Assembly (NCBI RefSeq): GCF_000142905.1
Contig: NW_013657661.1
Span: 186,001 to 250,000, forward strand
Direction: 5' to 3'
DNA: 64,000 nt
Origin: Thecamonas trahens ATCC 50062
Lineage: Eukaryota; Protista; Apusomonadida
Below are positions 11,226 to 22,464 of the stretch, one piece after another. Position numbers and translations under genes: made by a program. Within the stretch, counting starts at the first letter, position 1. Each line of letters begins with the position of its first letter. Below the pieces are notes generated by a model that made no database searches, had not been told where the DNA came from, and saw only the letters and a list, made by a program, of their open reading frames with translations.

Positions 11226-11492
11226 AGTGGTCGGGAATGGAGAAGTGCACAAGCTCGTCGACTCGCAGACTGTAAACACGTGTGCGACGAGGACGAGGCA
11301 AACGACCGCAAGCCCGAGCACACTCGGCCCGCCAACTCGCCTTGCGCACAGCGAGGGCAGCTTGAAACGATGAAAGGGCGACAAGTAGGAACAAGAGAGA
11401 GGAGCTCGTGAGAAGCCACGCCCCGCCCTAAGCAAGATGCCGATCGGTAAGCTGCAACACCGGGCCAACAACGCATCTTGGTGACGGTAGGT

Positions 11493-12515
11493 TTACATGG
11501 TCGGATCCCACGGCGCAAGAACATAGCCGATCTTACTAGCGCAAGCCGCCGGAGAGTACGGAGGGAGCGGTGTAGGGTCTGAGACGAGCGCGACAAGCTG
11601 GGCGGCGATCTCCACCGACTCGCGGTCCTCGCGCGCCTTGACCGGGTCCTCCGGTCCGCCGGCCAGGATCGGGTTGAGCAGCGTGTCGAGAGCCACGACA
11701 ATGTCCTCCCACTTGGTTCCAGCCTCGACGCCAAGAACAGCCATCTCCTGCAGGCCATACGCAACCAGTCCGTGCAGATGGTACCAGGTTCCCCACTTCT
11801 CGGTCACCTTGTCACGCCGCAGTACAATGAGCGCATCGTGGATGGCCGGAATGTAGGTCGAGATCCACACGGTCTTGTTGGCCACAAACCAGTCGGGCGA
11901 AAAGTCAACGCCGTCCTTGTCGACGTTCTTCATGTACCGGCCGAGCAGCCGGAACACGTTGTGCGAGATGAGGGCAGCGCAAAAGGCATCCTTTGGCGAG
12001 GTAGTGCCCGGCGAGCACGCCTCAAGCGCCATCGCATACGTCTCGCCCGGTGTCATGGTCTGACTGGCGGCCTTGTTGGCAGCCGCCACCATCGCCATGG
12101 CAAACGCCTTCTCCTCGGCCCAAAACGGAACGCTCCATCGCTCGTACGCCGGCTGCTGAAAGGTGGCATTGACGCCCGGGAACCGCTCGCCAGCATAGAC
12201 CGAGAGCCACACCAGCAGCAGATCCCAGGCCTCGAGATCGTGGTCCTTGACCTCTGCCGCAAGATCAAACTTGGCCTGGCTCCCCACCAAGCATCGCGCA
12301 AACGACGTAGTGTTGAGCTGCGGAGGCGCAGGCGGTGCATTCACAGAATGAGCACCAGCCCGATGCTGATGATGAAGTCCAGCGGGACGATGACCTGCAG
12401 GATGAAGCCTCGCAGGGGTTGTTGTACGGACAGCCGCCGAGACCAGGGGAGGCACCATCAGAACCACCGCGACCCCAACCACAACCATAGACAGATAAGC
12501 CAAGGACATGTTCAT
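11493..12515 (-). CDS. Secreted hypothetical protein
   Basis: Signal peptide (MSLAYLSMVVVGVAVVLMVPPLVSA) followed by a globular, Cys-containing region. Confidence 0.65.
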   Translation of the reverse strand: MNMSLAYLSMVVVGVAVVLMVPPLVSAAVRTTTPARLHPAGHRPAGLHHQHRAGAHSVNAPPAPPQLNTTSFARCLVGSQAKFDLAAEVKDHDLEAWDLLLVWLSVYAGERFPGVNATFQQPAYERWSVPFWAEEKAFAMAMVAAANKAASQTMTPGETYAMALEACSPGTTSPKDAFCAALISHNVFRLLGRYMKNVDKDGVDFSPDWFVANKTVWISTYIPAIHDALIVLRRDKVTEKWGTWYHLHGLVAYGLQEMAVLGVEAGTKWEDIVVALDTLLNPILAGGPEDPVKAREDRESVEIAAQLVALVSDPTPLPPYSPAACASKIGYVLAPWDPTM

Positions 12516-12718
12516 CCGCTCCAACTGCGTACGTACTCGTCCAGGCGAGAGGAGCGTGTGGGTGGGTGGCTGGATGGGTTGGGGTGGGTGGCGGTGGGTG
12601 GGCAGAAGCAGACGGCTGCGTGTCGCTGTTGCTGCCGCCGGTAAAGGGAACAGAGTCAGCACACTCCACTTTCCCTCGACCGCCACCCTCGCTGCCTGTA
12701 GCACAGGAGAGGTGAAAT

Positions 12719-15235
12719 ATGGCCATGGTGCGGATGGAAAAGGCATACCAAGGGAGAACAGGTGGCAGAGTGGGCGGGCGGCGCATGGTGCGGCTGCCGG
12801 GCAGCGAGGGGCGGGACAGGCTCACCGCTCGCCCGGTCAGGAGGCTCCGGGCTCATCCGGATGGCAAGTACAAGGGTGATGGCGCTCGCATTATCGGTGC
12901 ATCGGTGCTGCAGCTGCTCAACTCGGCAACATGGAAGCTGGCCCTTCCGCACTCGGCTACCGCACTGTACACTCTGGACGGCCGCCGACTCATCGACAAG
13001 CAGGCTGGCGACGAGTCGGGAGCGCGCGTGCGCAGGCGGCGAGACCTGCATCGAGATCTGCGCCCACGCCCACCTCCAGGACCGGTTGTGGCTCTTCATG
13101 ATCTGCCTAACGATACCCATGTTCTCGTGGCGACTCTCTCGCGCAAGTCGGTGGGCCCTGTCCACCGCCGCCAGGCTCCCGCGCACGCCGGCGAGGCCGG
13201 CACCGGGGGGAACAAGTGTGCTGCCCCGTCGGCCCGGCTGGAGCCGCGCAAGGCCATCACGCTTCAGGCCGTGCCCAACGGCGCTCCACCGCAGATCAAG
13301 CCAGCCCGGATCTGCGGTCAAGAAGTAGAGGCGCTGCTCGACGATGCCACCCGCAAGCTCAAGCTCCCGCGCCGGGCCGCGCGGTTCTTCACCGCAGACG
13401 GCAAGCCTCTCGTTCCAGCGGCACTGGCTGACTTGGACCACGGCGCCTCGGTGGTGGTCTCGTGCGGCGAACCGTTCCATACGTTTGGCACCGTTGTTGC
13501 GAGCTCGTCGGTCAAGCCGATCAGCCCGTCGTCGCCGCTCCTCGTCCCGCCTGTCCCACACTACACGGTCCGCGCCAACACGACAGGTATGCACGGTCGC
13601 CGCGAGCGCGTGGCTCGCATCACTGCAACACACCCGGTCAAGTTCCTTGATCTTGCCACCCAGAGCCTGGAACTCATGACTGCGGCACGGACTGTGTATC
13701 TTCCCAGCGGCGAGAAGCTGTTCGACCAGGAAACGAGTGTCGAAGACTTTGAGGCCGCCCTTGAGCGGGTGGCAGATACAGACGAGCTGGTTGTCGCCAC
13801 CGGTGAGCCGTTTGTTCCCAAAAACGCGCCGCAAAAGTCAGGCAACCCCGCTCTGCGCCGCATCACGCCGCTCTCGCCCGACTCGACCCTTGTTCGCTCG
13901 AGTGCGCCGCACTTTGACGCCATGCGCAACGGCTATCCCGGGCGGTCGGTCCGTGTTGCTGGACTCAATCTGGATTCCATGCTGGAGATGGCAACCCGGC
14001 GGCTGGCGCTGCCGTCGGCGGCACGGCGGGCATTTCTGGTCAACGGCACCGAGATTGTGGGCGATGCTGCGGCTGCAACGCCGTCTGATCCTGCCGAGGC
14101 GGCGAGCCCGCAGAGCAGCAAGGCTCGCAAGACCGTCAGCTACGCCGAGGCCGAACGAGGAAGTCAAGTCTTGATCTCGATGGGCGAGCCGTGGCATGCT
14201 CCCGATGACGACTCGACCATCCTGTTGACGGCTGCCCCGCCGTTGACGCTTGACTCGAGCCTGGTAAGCGGCGGGAGGCCCAAAACAGTTGTTGTTCTTG
14301 CCACCGTCAACTACGGACCCGCCAAGGCCAAGGCAGTGCGCCTCGCAGCACGGACCGTGCGTGAGCTGCTGACTCTCGCCACTGAGCGGCTTGGCCTCCC
14401 TCGCGCCGCTGTCCGGGCCTACGAGGTCGGATCGGGCTTTGAGCTGGTCGACAAAGAATCGCCGATTCCGCCCAAGCCTGTAGACGGCAAAGACTTGGAC
14501 AAGTGGCAGACCACCGTGGTGTCTGTCCAGGCCAAGCGCGAGCGGGAGGTCCCGCTCGATCATCTCCCGCATCTCACTCGGGTCACCATCTCGCTCGGCG
14601 AGCCGTACTGCGAGCCTGGCAAGCCGCGTCGGCGGAGTAGTCGCATGGTTCAACGAGAGCTGGCCATCACCCTCGCCACCCGACCCAAGACCCGCGTCCG
14701 CGTCTTTTCCACCTTGAGCGCCATCCGCAATGGCGCCCGCGGCGCCCTGGTCGTGGCCGGCTCGCTCGACGAGCTCCTGGACGATGGCACTGAAGCGCTG
14801 GGCCTTGCGCGTCCAGCCGTCCGGGTCTACGATGTCAACGGTTCACGTGTTACTGACTTTGCGGCAATTGTCGGTGATGCACAGCTGGTCCTCACTCCAG
14901 CCAACGTTGCCCTGCGCCCAGACACGGCGCCCCGCGCCGCGCGCAAGCCATCACGCCGCGCACCTCCCTTGGGAGGCAGGGCTGGCACCGGCTCGGACGT
15001 CGGTGATGACGCTACCACTGACGATGCTGCTGCTGCTAGCAGCGAGGCCGAGTCGAGCGACCCACGACGCCGATCTTCATCACCGAGTAGCATCCCGTCT
15101 TGCCCTGTCGTCGTCTCCACTCACCAGCCGACATGCCCGAGCCATGCCGTGGACAAGAATGTATCCTTGGCCATATCCATATCCATAGCCATACAAATTG
15201 CGGCTGAATTGTGCTCTCTCATACCCATCCCTTAG
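12719..15235 (+). CDS. Multi-doublecortin (DCDC1-like) domain protein
   Basis: About 6 repeats of LLDxATxxLxLPxAARRxFxxDG...VVSxGEPF (DCX/ubiquitin-like fold). Confidence 0.75.
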   Translation: MAMVRMEKAYQGRTGGRVGGRRMVRLPGSEGRDRLTARPVRRLRAHPDGKYKGDGARIIGASVLQLLNSATWKLALPHSATALYTLDGRRLIDKQAGDESGARVRRRRDLHRDLRPRPPPGPVVALHDLPNDTHVLVATLSRKSVGPVHRRQAPAHAGEAGTGGNKCAAPSARLEPRKAITLQAVPNGAPPQIKPARICGQEVEALLDDATRKLKLPRRAARFFTADGKPLVPAALADLDHGASVVVSCGEPFHTFGTVVASSSVKPISPSSPLLVPPVPHYTVRANTTGMHGRRERVARITATHPVKFLDLATQSLELMTAARTVYLPSGEKLFDQETSVEDFEAALERVADTDELVVATGEPFVPKNAPQKSGNPALRRITPLSPDSTLVRSSAPHFDAMRNGYPGRSVRVAGLNLDSMLEMATRRLALPSAARRAFLVNGTEIVGDAAAATPSDPAEAASPQSSKARKTVSYAEAERGSQVLISMGEPWHAPDDDSTILLTAAPPLTLDSSLVSGGRPKTVVVLATVNYGPAKAKAVRLAARTVRELLTLATERLGLPRAAVRAYEVGSGFELVDKESPIPPKPVDGKDLDKWQTTVVSVQAKREREVPLDHLPHLTRVTISLGEPYCEPGKPRRRSSRMVQRELAITLATRPKTRVRVFSTLSAIRNGARGALVVAGSLDELLDDGTEALGLARPAVRVYDVNGSRVTDFAAIVGDAQLVLTPANVALRPDTAPRAARKPSRRAPPLGGRAGTGSDVGDDATTDDAAAASSEAESSDPRRRSSSPSSIPSCPVVVSTHQPTCPSHAVDKNVSLAISISIAIQIAAELCSLIPIP

Positions 15236-15431
15236 GCCCGCACAACCCTACCCCAGACCAGCAAAGGCCAGCTAATGTGCAAGCGCACGCATCCGGTGAC
15301 TGACCAGCGACAGCGTGGCGACACGATCTCAAACTGGCTCACCGCCCACCCCCTCCCCCCCACACCCCCACACCCCCACACCCACACCCACCCAACTCAC
15401 CTTCTCTGACACTGACGAAGTCGGGCATTCG

Positions 15432-18389
15432 ATGGACGGCGGCAATGGTAGGAGCAGCGGGACCGGAACCGGTGGAAGCGGGCGTGCGAGCTCGGTCCTG
15501 TCCACGGCGGTAAAGGTGGGTGCGGCGGTGGCGGCGGTGGCGGTGTCTCTGGCGGCGGTGGCTGGTGTGGCTTCGCGACGGGCAGCGGTGGGTGCCACTG
15601 GTGCTGGTGGTGGGCGCAGCGATGGAGGCTACAAGGTCGATGAAGGGAATGAGGCGGGATATGGCGGCACTGGCACTGAGACCGGCAGTGGCCGTGTCCG
15701 CATGAGCAGCTCGCAGTGGGAGATGGACTCGCTGGGAGGAGGCTCGTCGCTCGGCCTGCACTCGGGCGGGCCGTCGGAGAACTCAGCCTCGCCGCTGATG
15801 GGCGGCTACGAGCTGCCGCCCGAGTATCCTTCGCTCTTTGCCCTTCCGGAACATTCCGAGTCGGCACAGACCGAGTTTGGCTCGCTGAGCGAGTTGGTGG
15901 GCGAGGGAGCACACGCTGGGCCTGAGCCCTCGCCGAGCTCATCGTCGTCGGGGCCAAGCTGGCACATGATGATGTCTGCGACGGTAGTGGGCTCTGGAGC
16001 GGGCTCGGGCTCGCTGTCGTCTGAAGGCCTTGGCCTTGTGGTCCACCTGCAGACTGATGACCGGATGCGGTCGACAGCATTCCGCGACACGACGCCGCAC
16101 TCGATTACGCCCTGCACTTCCGAGGCGGACCTAAGCCCATCGAGCAAGTCGGACTTGATGGCGATGAGCGCATCTGACACGCTCTCGCCGTCTGCGGTGG
16201 CGTCTGAGACGAGTGTGGCTGGATTGGGCTCGACTTCACTCAACGTGTCGGGCACGCTCTCGGGAGCAATGCTGCCGCTGGAAAACCTGCCGTCGTCTGC
16301 AGACGACCTGTGGCAGGAGCTTGAAGCGGCATCAAGCAACTCGGACGGATCGCACACGGCGCGGTCGACCGAGTCGTCCGACTCTGGGCTGGAAACGCTG
16401 TATGGACTCAACTCGGAGCCGATTTCCAGGGTCCTTGTAGTGTACACAGGCGGCACGATTGGGTCGACCAAGACCGAGAACGGGTATGCGCCAACGCCCA
16501 ACTTTCTAGCCAAGTACTGCGCGTCGCTGCGGTCGTTCCACGATCCCGGCTGGCCTGCGCTCACCATGCCACTCTCACAGTACGGCAAACGTGTGCAGTA
16601 CCAGATCTGGGAGCATGATCCCATCATGGACTCGTCCAACATGGACATGGACGACTGGATTTCGGTGGCGATGGTGATTGAGCACGCGTACGACGACTAC
16701 GATGGTTTTGTCATTCTTCACGGGACCGACACGATGGGCTACACGGCGTCTGCGCTCTCGTTCATGCTAGAGAACCTGTCCAAGCCGGTCATTCTCACCG
16801 GAGCGCAGCTCCCGATCCTCAAGACGCGGACAGATGCTCGCGACAACTTTCGAACGGCGCTCACCATTGCTGGGCACTTCAACATTCCTGAGGTCTGCAT
16901 CTACTTTCACAACTACCTCTACCGCGGCAACCGGTGTTCCAAGGTCGACGCCTCGGGCTTTCGGGCCTTTGACTCGCCAAATCTCGAGCCGCTGGCGTCG
17001 GTCGGCATTGGCATTGAGATTGATTGGCCTGCGGTCCGGCCGCGGCCTCCGCCAACGAAATCGCTGCTTGTGCGGCGGCACATGTCGACGGCGATTGGTG
17101 CGCTGCGGCTGTTTCCAGGCATTCAGGTTGCGCTTGTAGAAGCGTTTCTGCAGCCACCGCTGCAGGGCCTCGTGCTGGAGACCTTTGGCTCGGGCAACGT
17201 GCCGACCGGACGGCCGGGCCTGCTTGCGGCCATCAAGCGAGCGGTTGATCGCGGGGTTGTCATTGTCAACATCACGCAGTGTTCACGCGGGACGGTGGCG
17301 GCCGAGTACGAGACAGGAGTGCTGCTTGCGCGGACAGGCGTCATTTCCGGGCGCGACATGACGTCCGAAGCTGCGCTGACCAAGCTCGCGGTTCTGCTCG
17401 GCCGATACAACATGGGCGAGATCACGCTGGCGAGAGTGAAGGAAATGATGGGCCGCGACGTGGCTGGCGAGCTGACGCCACCGCCGGTGGTGGCGCCGGT
17501 GGCACCAGAGCAGTCAGAGCTGAAGAACCTGCTGCTGGATGTGCTGCAGGACGAGTCGCTCTCGTCGTCGCTGCGGTCGGGAGTGGCGGCGCGGTTTATG
17601 GTGACGTACGTGTGCGCGATGGCGTCTGAAGGTGACGTGGCCTCCCTGTCCGAGCTTGTGCGGGCGGGAGTCTCCGTCGACACACCCGACTACTCGGGGC
17701 GGACGCCGCTGCATGTGGCGGCGCTGGCGGGCCAGACCGAGTTTGCACACGTCCTGCTCACTCAGTACAACGTGTACCCGTCACCGCTTGACTACTCGCT
17801 CCACACGCCGCTCTACGACGCGCTTCTGGCCAAGCACTACGAGACCGCAGCCGTCATCCGCGATGCCGGAGGTCGTCTCCTCCACGACGTGGTGGCAGAC
17901 GAGCTGGTGGCGGCCATCCTAGACGACAACGTGGCCGGTCTCGAGCAGTGGCTGCTTGCCGGCCTCTCGCCGAATGCAGCCGATAACCAAGGGCGATCGC
18001 TGCTCCATCTCGCGGTGCTTTCTGAGAGCGCCGACATGGTGAGCGCGCTCCTTCGGTTGGCGCGCGAGCGGTGCGAGGAGGAGCTCGATGTCAACGCGGC
18101 CGACAAAGACGGGCGCACACCGCTGCTGCTGGCGGTCAAGGCGGTCAACTTGGGCGTCATCGATCAGCTGCGTGAAGAACAGGCAGGCCATGGGCTCGAC
18201 GAGGAGTCGCTGCGAATGATGATCATCAGCGTGCTGCAGGCCGGCGACTACGAGGCTTTCCACGCCTACGTCCGCGCCGACGCGGTGACGCCCACTCTCG
18301 CAGCTACCCTCCTCCAGCTCTTCCAGTACTCGCTGGCGACCGACATTGCAGCGATCCTGTCGGAGATCAGTGAGTCTGCGGCCGCCTGA
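15432..18389 (+). CDS. ASPG: L-asparaginase with ankyrin repeats (60 kDa lysophospholipase type)
   Basis: YTGGTIG, DSSNM, HGTDTM, TGAQ and DMTSEAALTKL motifs; ankyrin repeats (GRTPLHVAA). Confidence 0.93.
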   Translation: MDGGNGRSSGTGTGGSGRASSVLSTAVKVGAAVAAVAVSLAAVAGVASRRAAVGATGAGGGRSDGGYKVDEGNEAGYGGTGTETGSGRVRMSSSQWEMDSLGGGSSLGLHSGGPSENSASPLMGGYELPPEYPSLFALPEHSESAQTEFGSLSELVGEGAHAGPEPSPSSSSSGPSWHMMMSATVVGSGAGSGSLSSEGLGLVVHLQTDDRMRSTAFRDTTPHSITPCTSEADLSPSSKSDLMAMSASDTLSPSAVASETSVAGLGSTSLNVSGTLSGAMLPLENLPSSADDLWQELEAASSNSDGSHTARSTESSDSGLETLYGLNSEPISRVLVVYTGGTIGSTKTENGYAPTPNFLAKYCASLRSFHDPGWPALTMPLSQYGKRVQYQIWEHDPIMDSSNMDMDDWISVAMVIEHAYDDYDGFVILHGTDTMGYTASALSFMLENLSKPVILTGAQLPILKTRTDARDNFRTALTIAGHFNIPEVCIYFHNYLYRGNRCSKVDASGFRAFDSPNLEPLASVGIGIEIDWPAVRPRPPPTKSLLVRRHMSTAIGALRLFPGIQVALVEAFLQPPLQGLVLETFGSGNVPTGRPGLLAAIKRAVDRGVVIVNITQCSRGTVAAEYETGVLLARTGVISGRDMTSEAALTKLAVLLGRYNMGEITLARVKEMMGRDVAGELTPPPVVAPVAPEQSELKNLLLDVLQDESLSSSLRSGVAARFMVTYVCAMASEGDVASLSELVRAGVSVDTPDYSGRTPLHVAALAGQTEFAHVLLTQYNVYPSPLDYSLHTPLYDALLAKHYETAAVIRDAGGRLLHDVVADELVAAILDDNVAGLEQWLLAGLSPNAADNQGRSLLHLAVLSESADMVSALLRLARERCEEELDVNAADKDGRTPLLLAVKAVNLGVIDQLREEQAGHGLDEESLRMMIISVLQAGDYEAFHAYVRADAVTPTLAATLLQLFQYSLATDIAAILSEISESAAA

Positions 18390-18445
18390 GGGTAAACTTA
18401 GGCAGACAACGGCCGTTGAGTCTTGAACTCGAGCGTGTGTTGAGT

Positions 18446-19012
18446 TCAGAGCAAAGACGAGGTCGACGAAGCCGATGCGGCTATCGAAGCCGGGTAGCGG
18501 CGGAGTAGTTCGGGGCTGAGGCCGAGCGATGCCTCGATGTGAGCCTTGACACGTGCGCGAAAAGCCGGGCGGTTGTCGCGCCACTCGACGGCTGCGTCGA
18601 CATTGGCAGGCGACTCGTCGTTGGGGTCGGCAAGCATGGAGAGGACGGAGAGGACGATGGAGAGGACCGACTGGATGGGCGACCAACGCTCGGTGGCCGA
18701 CTCGTAGCCCGAGGCGTCGGTACCCTCGTGGAGGATGGAGATGCAGACCTTGCCCGAGGGATACACGTTGGGGTGCCAGACCGGGGTGGTGAAGGTCATA
18801 GTCGGCGGAGCCAGCGGGTAGTTGTGTGGAAAGTCGAGGACGGCGGTGAGGAAGGCGCCCTCGTAGTCGGATCCCTCGGGACCGACCATGGCCACCTTCC
18901 ACTGGAACACGTTCGAGTCGGAAACAGGCGCCGCCGCAATGCCGTCAGGCGGCGACCGCGACAGCTCCTTGTACTCGCGCAGCAGCCGCTTCATCGCTCC
19001 GACGCCAGGCAT
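18446..19012 (-). CDS. Ubiquitin-conjugating enzyme E2, Ubc7/UBE2G family
   Basis: HPNVYPSGKVCISILH, acidic loop insertion, ERWSPIQSV, PNDESPANVDAA. Confidence 0.92.
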   Translation of the reverse strand: MPGVGAMKRLLREYKELSRSPPDGIAAAPVSDSNVFQWKVAMVGPEGSDYEGAFLTAVLDFPHNYPLAPPTMTFTTPVWHPNVYPSGKVCISILHEGTDASGYESATERWSPIQSVLSIVLSVLSMLADPNDESPANVDAAVEWRDNRPAFRARVKAHIEASLGLSPELLRRYPASIAASASSTSSLL

Positions 19013-19265
19013 TCTGAGCTAGAAGGGAGAGTGGGGGGAGGGGAGGGAGGGAGGGAGGGAGGGGAGGGAGAGGGAAGTGTGGATCAGTGGTGTCGGTGAA
19101 CATTGTGGTGACGTCGCCATTCGCGGTGCCCACTCGCGGTGGCCACCTTCCCGCCGTCCACACGCCTCGCGCCACGTGCCTCTTGCCCTTGCCCACTCGT
19201 CGTGTCCACTCGGCAGCCCCAGCCCCAGTGCTGCACACTCGACATACGATAGGCGAGACTACCGC

Positions 19266-20327
19266 ATGGGAAGTGGGTCGGGTGACCAGGTCCGGGTACT
19301 GGAGGAGGCGCTGCGGGCATCGGTGGCGGCCAATGCGGTGCTCCGTGGCGAGCTGGCAGAGGCGAGACAGGCCAGGCGCCGCCTCGTCCGCAATGTCGAG
19401 GTGCTCAACAGGACCGTTGACGGGCTGACGGCCCAGTTGCTGGCTGCCAACTCGGCCTGCTCGGCAGCAGAGGCGAATGGGTCAGTAGCGGCTCCGATCC
19501 CGGACCTGCCGGTGCCCACCACCGCAGATGCTAGTGTTCAGGCTGCGCCGCTGGCGGCCGATGCGGTGGTCGATGCGCGGCCCGAGCAGACCGATGCAGC
19601 TGTGGGCACCGCCGCCGCGCCAGAGATGGCTCATAAGATGACACAGGTCGAGAACAAAGCCAGATTCGACGAAGAGTGGCGCTGGATGGTCCCGATTCTG
19701 ACCGAGTATGGGTTGTGGGTTCCGGCGGCGCTGACGGGACGGGCTGGCGACGAGCCGCGGACGGCTGAGGACATGCTACGGCTGCTGCTGCTGCTGCTGC
19801 GCAAGTATGAGATGGCTTTTCTCCGCAATCACGAGATGGACCGTCTTGTCTCTGTTCCTCGCACTCGGTCGTACGACGACTGGCTCTCGCTCTCCAAGCT
19901 GGTCATGCTCCCGCCAGTCCGCGACGCGCCGCACCCGCCATCGTCCAAGGACGACGCACTGCCACTGACGCCGGCGCGGACGCCTGCTATGAGACGCACA
20001 TCGCAGAGCAGGCTACGTGCGTCAAAGGTCTCGTTTTCACCTGCTGTTCATGTCCGGACAATTTCACCGCGCCCGTCGCCGTCGCCGTCGCCGGTCCCAG
20101 CCCCGGCAGCCCGTCGCCGTGTCAAGCGTAGGCGCAAGACGGTGGTGCCTCCTGCCCTGGTTCCGCCAACGGCGCTCGAGGCTGATCTTGCGTTTGTGTC
20201 CTCGCTCCGAGCCAAGGGCCCCGATCTGGTGGTCCAGGGCGGGGTATTCAACCCAGCGCTTGCGGCTCGAGCGGCCGCGGCGTCGTCCGCCCGCGGGCCG
20301 GGAGCGAGAGGGTCCGGGCCCGCTTAA
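19266..20327 (+). CDS. Hypothetical protein with N-terminal coiled coil
   Basis: Long ORF. Its 3' end overlaps the convergent helicase ORF. Confidence 0.55.
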   Translation: MGSGSGDQVRVLEEALRASVAANAVLRGELAEARQARRRLVRNVEVLNRTVDGLTAQLLAANSACSAAEANGSVAAPIPDLPVPTTADASVQAAPLAADAVVDARPEQTDAAVGTAAAPEMAHKMTQVENKARFDEEWRWMVPILTEYGLWVPAALTGRAGDEPRTAEDMLRLLLLLLRKYEMAFLRNHEMDRLVSVPRTRSYDDWLSLSKLVMLPPVRDAPHPPSSKDDALPLTPARTPAMRRTSQSRLRASKVSFSPAVHVRTISPRPSPSPSPVPAPAARRRVKRRRKTVVPPALVPPTALEADLAFVSSLRAKGPDLVVQGGVFNPALAARAAAASSARGPGARGSGPA

Positions 20328-22464
20328 GCGGACGACGCTGACGGGTTTCCAGCGCAGCACCTGCAGCTGTGGTGAAGCCACCGAGCAAGGCCGTTGCACT
20401 GTGCGAGGCTCGAAGAGGTGCCGCCGCTGTCGGCTGTTTAGCCGACATGCGGCCGCGCTTGCGCCGGACGCGCCGGACGAGGCCATCAAGCCCGGGATCG
20501 GACACTCCATCCGCGAGTGTGACAGCGGTTGTCGTACTAGGCAGCTCGTCGAAGAAGCGCGAGGCTCGGGTCGGGATGACGTCGGCGTCGAAAGTCTGCT
20601 CTGCTGAGCCGGCATTGAAGTGGGTGCAAAGGTAGAGCGCGTCACGAGCCCGGGTCATGGCCACGTACAGCAGTCTGCGCTCCTCCTCGAGAGCTTTGTG
20701 GGCATCGACGCCTGTTACGGCGCTGCGCGATGGCAGAACGCCGTCGACAATGTTGGCCACAAAACTGCCGGCCACTCGCGGCCTTTTGCGCCGTGGATGG
20801 TAGAGAGGGTGACGCAGTCGGACGGCTCGTCGTCATCTGCGCTCGACGAGCGCTCGTAGGCGACCAGCGCAAGGAGCGCAGAGAGGTCGGCGACGAGGCC
20901 GCCGAGCGTTGGCAGGCCAGGGCTGGCCACTGATGGGAGGTGGCGGTCAATAGCCACAGCCAGGCCGCTGCGAGCCTCAGACGAGACGCCAGCAGAGTCG
21001 GCGGCGGCGGCGGCCACCTTTTGGACAACGCGAATGTACGCGTCGATGTTGCGGCGCGCGTCGGGAGTCGGGTGGATTGTCATGGCGGTGTTGAACGTTT
21101 GGCGGAGGTTGCGATCATTTGCCTGCAGAGCATCGGCCAAGCCGGAGAATTCGACCGTCTCGATGAGCTGGGCCTTGCGGGTGGTGACAAACGGGATGAG
21201 GCGAGCACCAAGTAGCGCGCCAAGGCGGTCGGAGAGGCGGTTGTTGGGATCGGAGCGAAAGAGAACGGCGACGTCGGCAAACGGCGGTCCGCGGGCGGCA
21301 ATAGCGTCGGCGATATGATCAAACTCGGCATCCAGTGAGTCACCTGCAAAGACGGCAACAAGCTGGGTAGCGCTGTCACGAGTTGCGTGGAGCGTCTTGG
21401 GCATGCGCTTGGTGTTGCATCCAATCACCTGGGATGCCGCATGGAGAATGTGGATCCCGCACCGGTAGTTGGCGGCGAGGAGGATGGTGACCGGTGATGG
21501 CGTGGCAGCGGCAAGGGCGTCAAAATTGGCGACGCCGCTCGCACCACGCCAGCCGTAGATCGACTGGTCGTCATCGCCGACCACCGTGAGCTGGACCGTT
21601 GGGCGAAAGTGCCACGGATCTGTGGCCGGATCCAGCTCTGGTGGGGTGACAAGAAGCGCGAGAATGTCCATCTGCGCTTGCGAAGTGTCTTGGAACTCGT
21701 CGACCACAATGAACGAGAAGCGGCTGTGAAGCGCAGCGCGGACTCGGTTGTCACGCCGGAGCAGGGTCCGCACGTGGGCGATGAGGTCGCCAAAGTCGCA
21801 CGTCGACGCCTCGCGCTTGAGCTCCGCATACCGGGCCGCCACAAAGTCGAGCATCGGATCCGACGCCTCGCCTGTGCCTACCTCATCCAGTCCCCGCAGC
21901 AACGCGTCCAGCGCCTTGTCCGAGAGCGCTGGTGGGTGCTCCGGATCAGCATCGCGCCACTCAGAGAGAGCCTGCTCGAGCAAGCCTCGGACCGTGTCGC
22001 GGGAGGCGACGGTGATCGAGTCAAAGCCGAGGCAATGTGCGTGCTCGCGGAGGATGAGCAGGCAGAGCGAGTGAAATGTGGCCACGGTGCATGCCCATCC
22101 CGGCCGTGACATTGGGTCGAGCGCGTTGAGCCGGTCGCGCATCTCGGCCGCCGCCGCGTTGGTAAACGTGAGGGCGAGGACGGCATCGGGCCGGGCGCCT
22201 TGTGTGGTCTGGAGGTGGTGGACGATGCGATGAGCGATGGTCTGAGTCTTGCCACTCCCGGCGCCTGCCACCACAATGACACACTGTGCACTCTCTGTGA
22301 CTGCAGCCAGCTGATTGTCGTCTGCAGGATGCCATAGAAGGTGTGTGAGTGGGAGGAGGGGGAGGCGGTGCCACGGAATGTCCCAAGGAGGTGCCCAAAA
22401 AAGGTCGTGATTGACGTAGCAGTAGGCGGGAGAAAGAAGCAAAGGAAAGCGTACTGAGTTCCAT
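20248..22464 (-). CDS. UvrD/PcrA/Srs2-family SF1 DNA helicase; micro-exon 22455-22464, intron 22322-22454, frameshift at ~20761-20764
   Basis: Spliced start MELNDNQ (Q motif); AGAGSGKT, LTFTNAAA, TFHS, VDEFQD, VGDDDQSIYGWRGA, NYR, STIHGAKGREW and EERRLLYVAMTRAR motifs. Confidence 0.9.
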
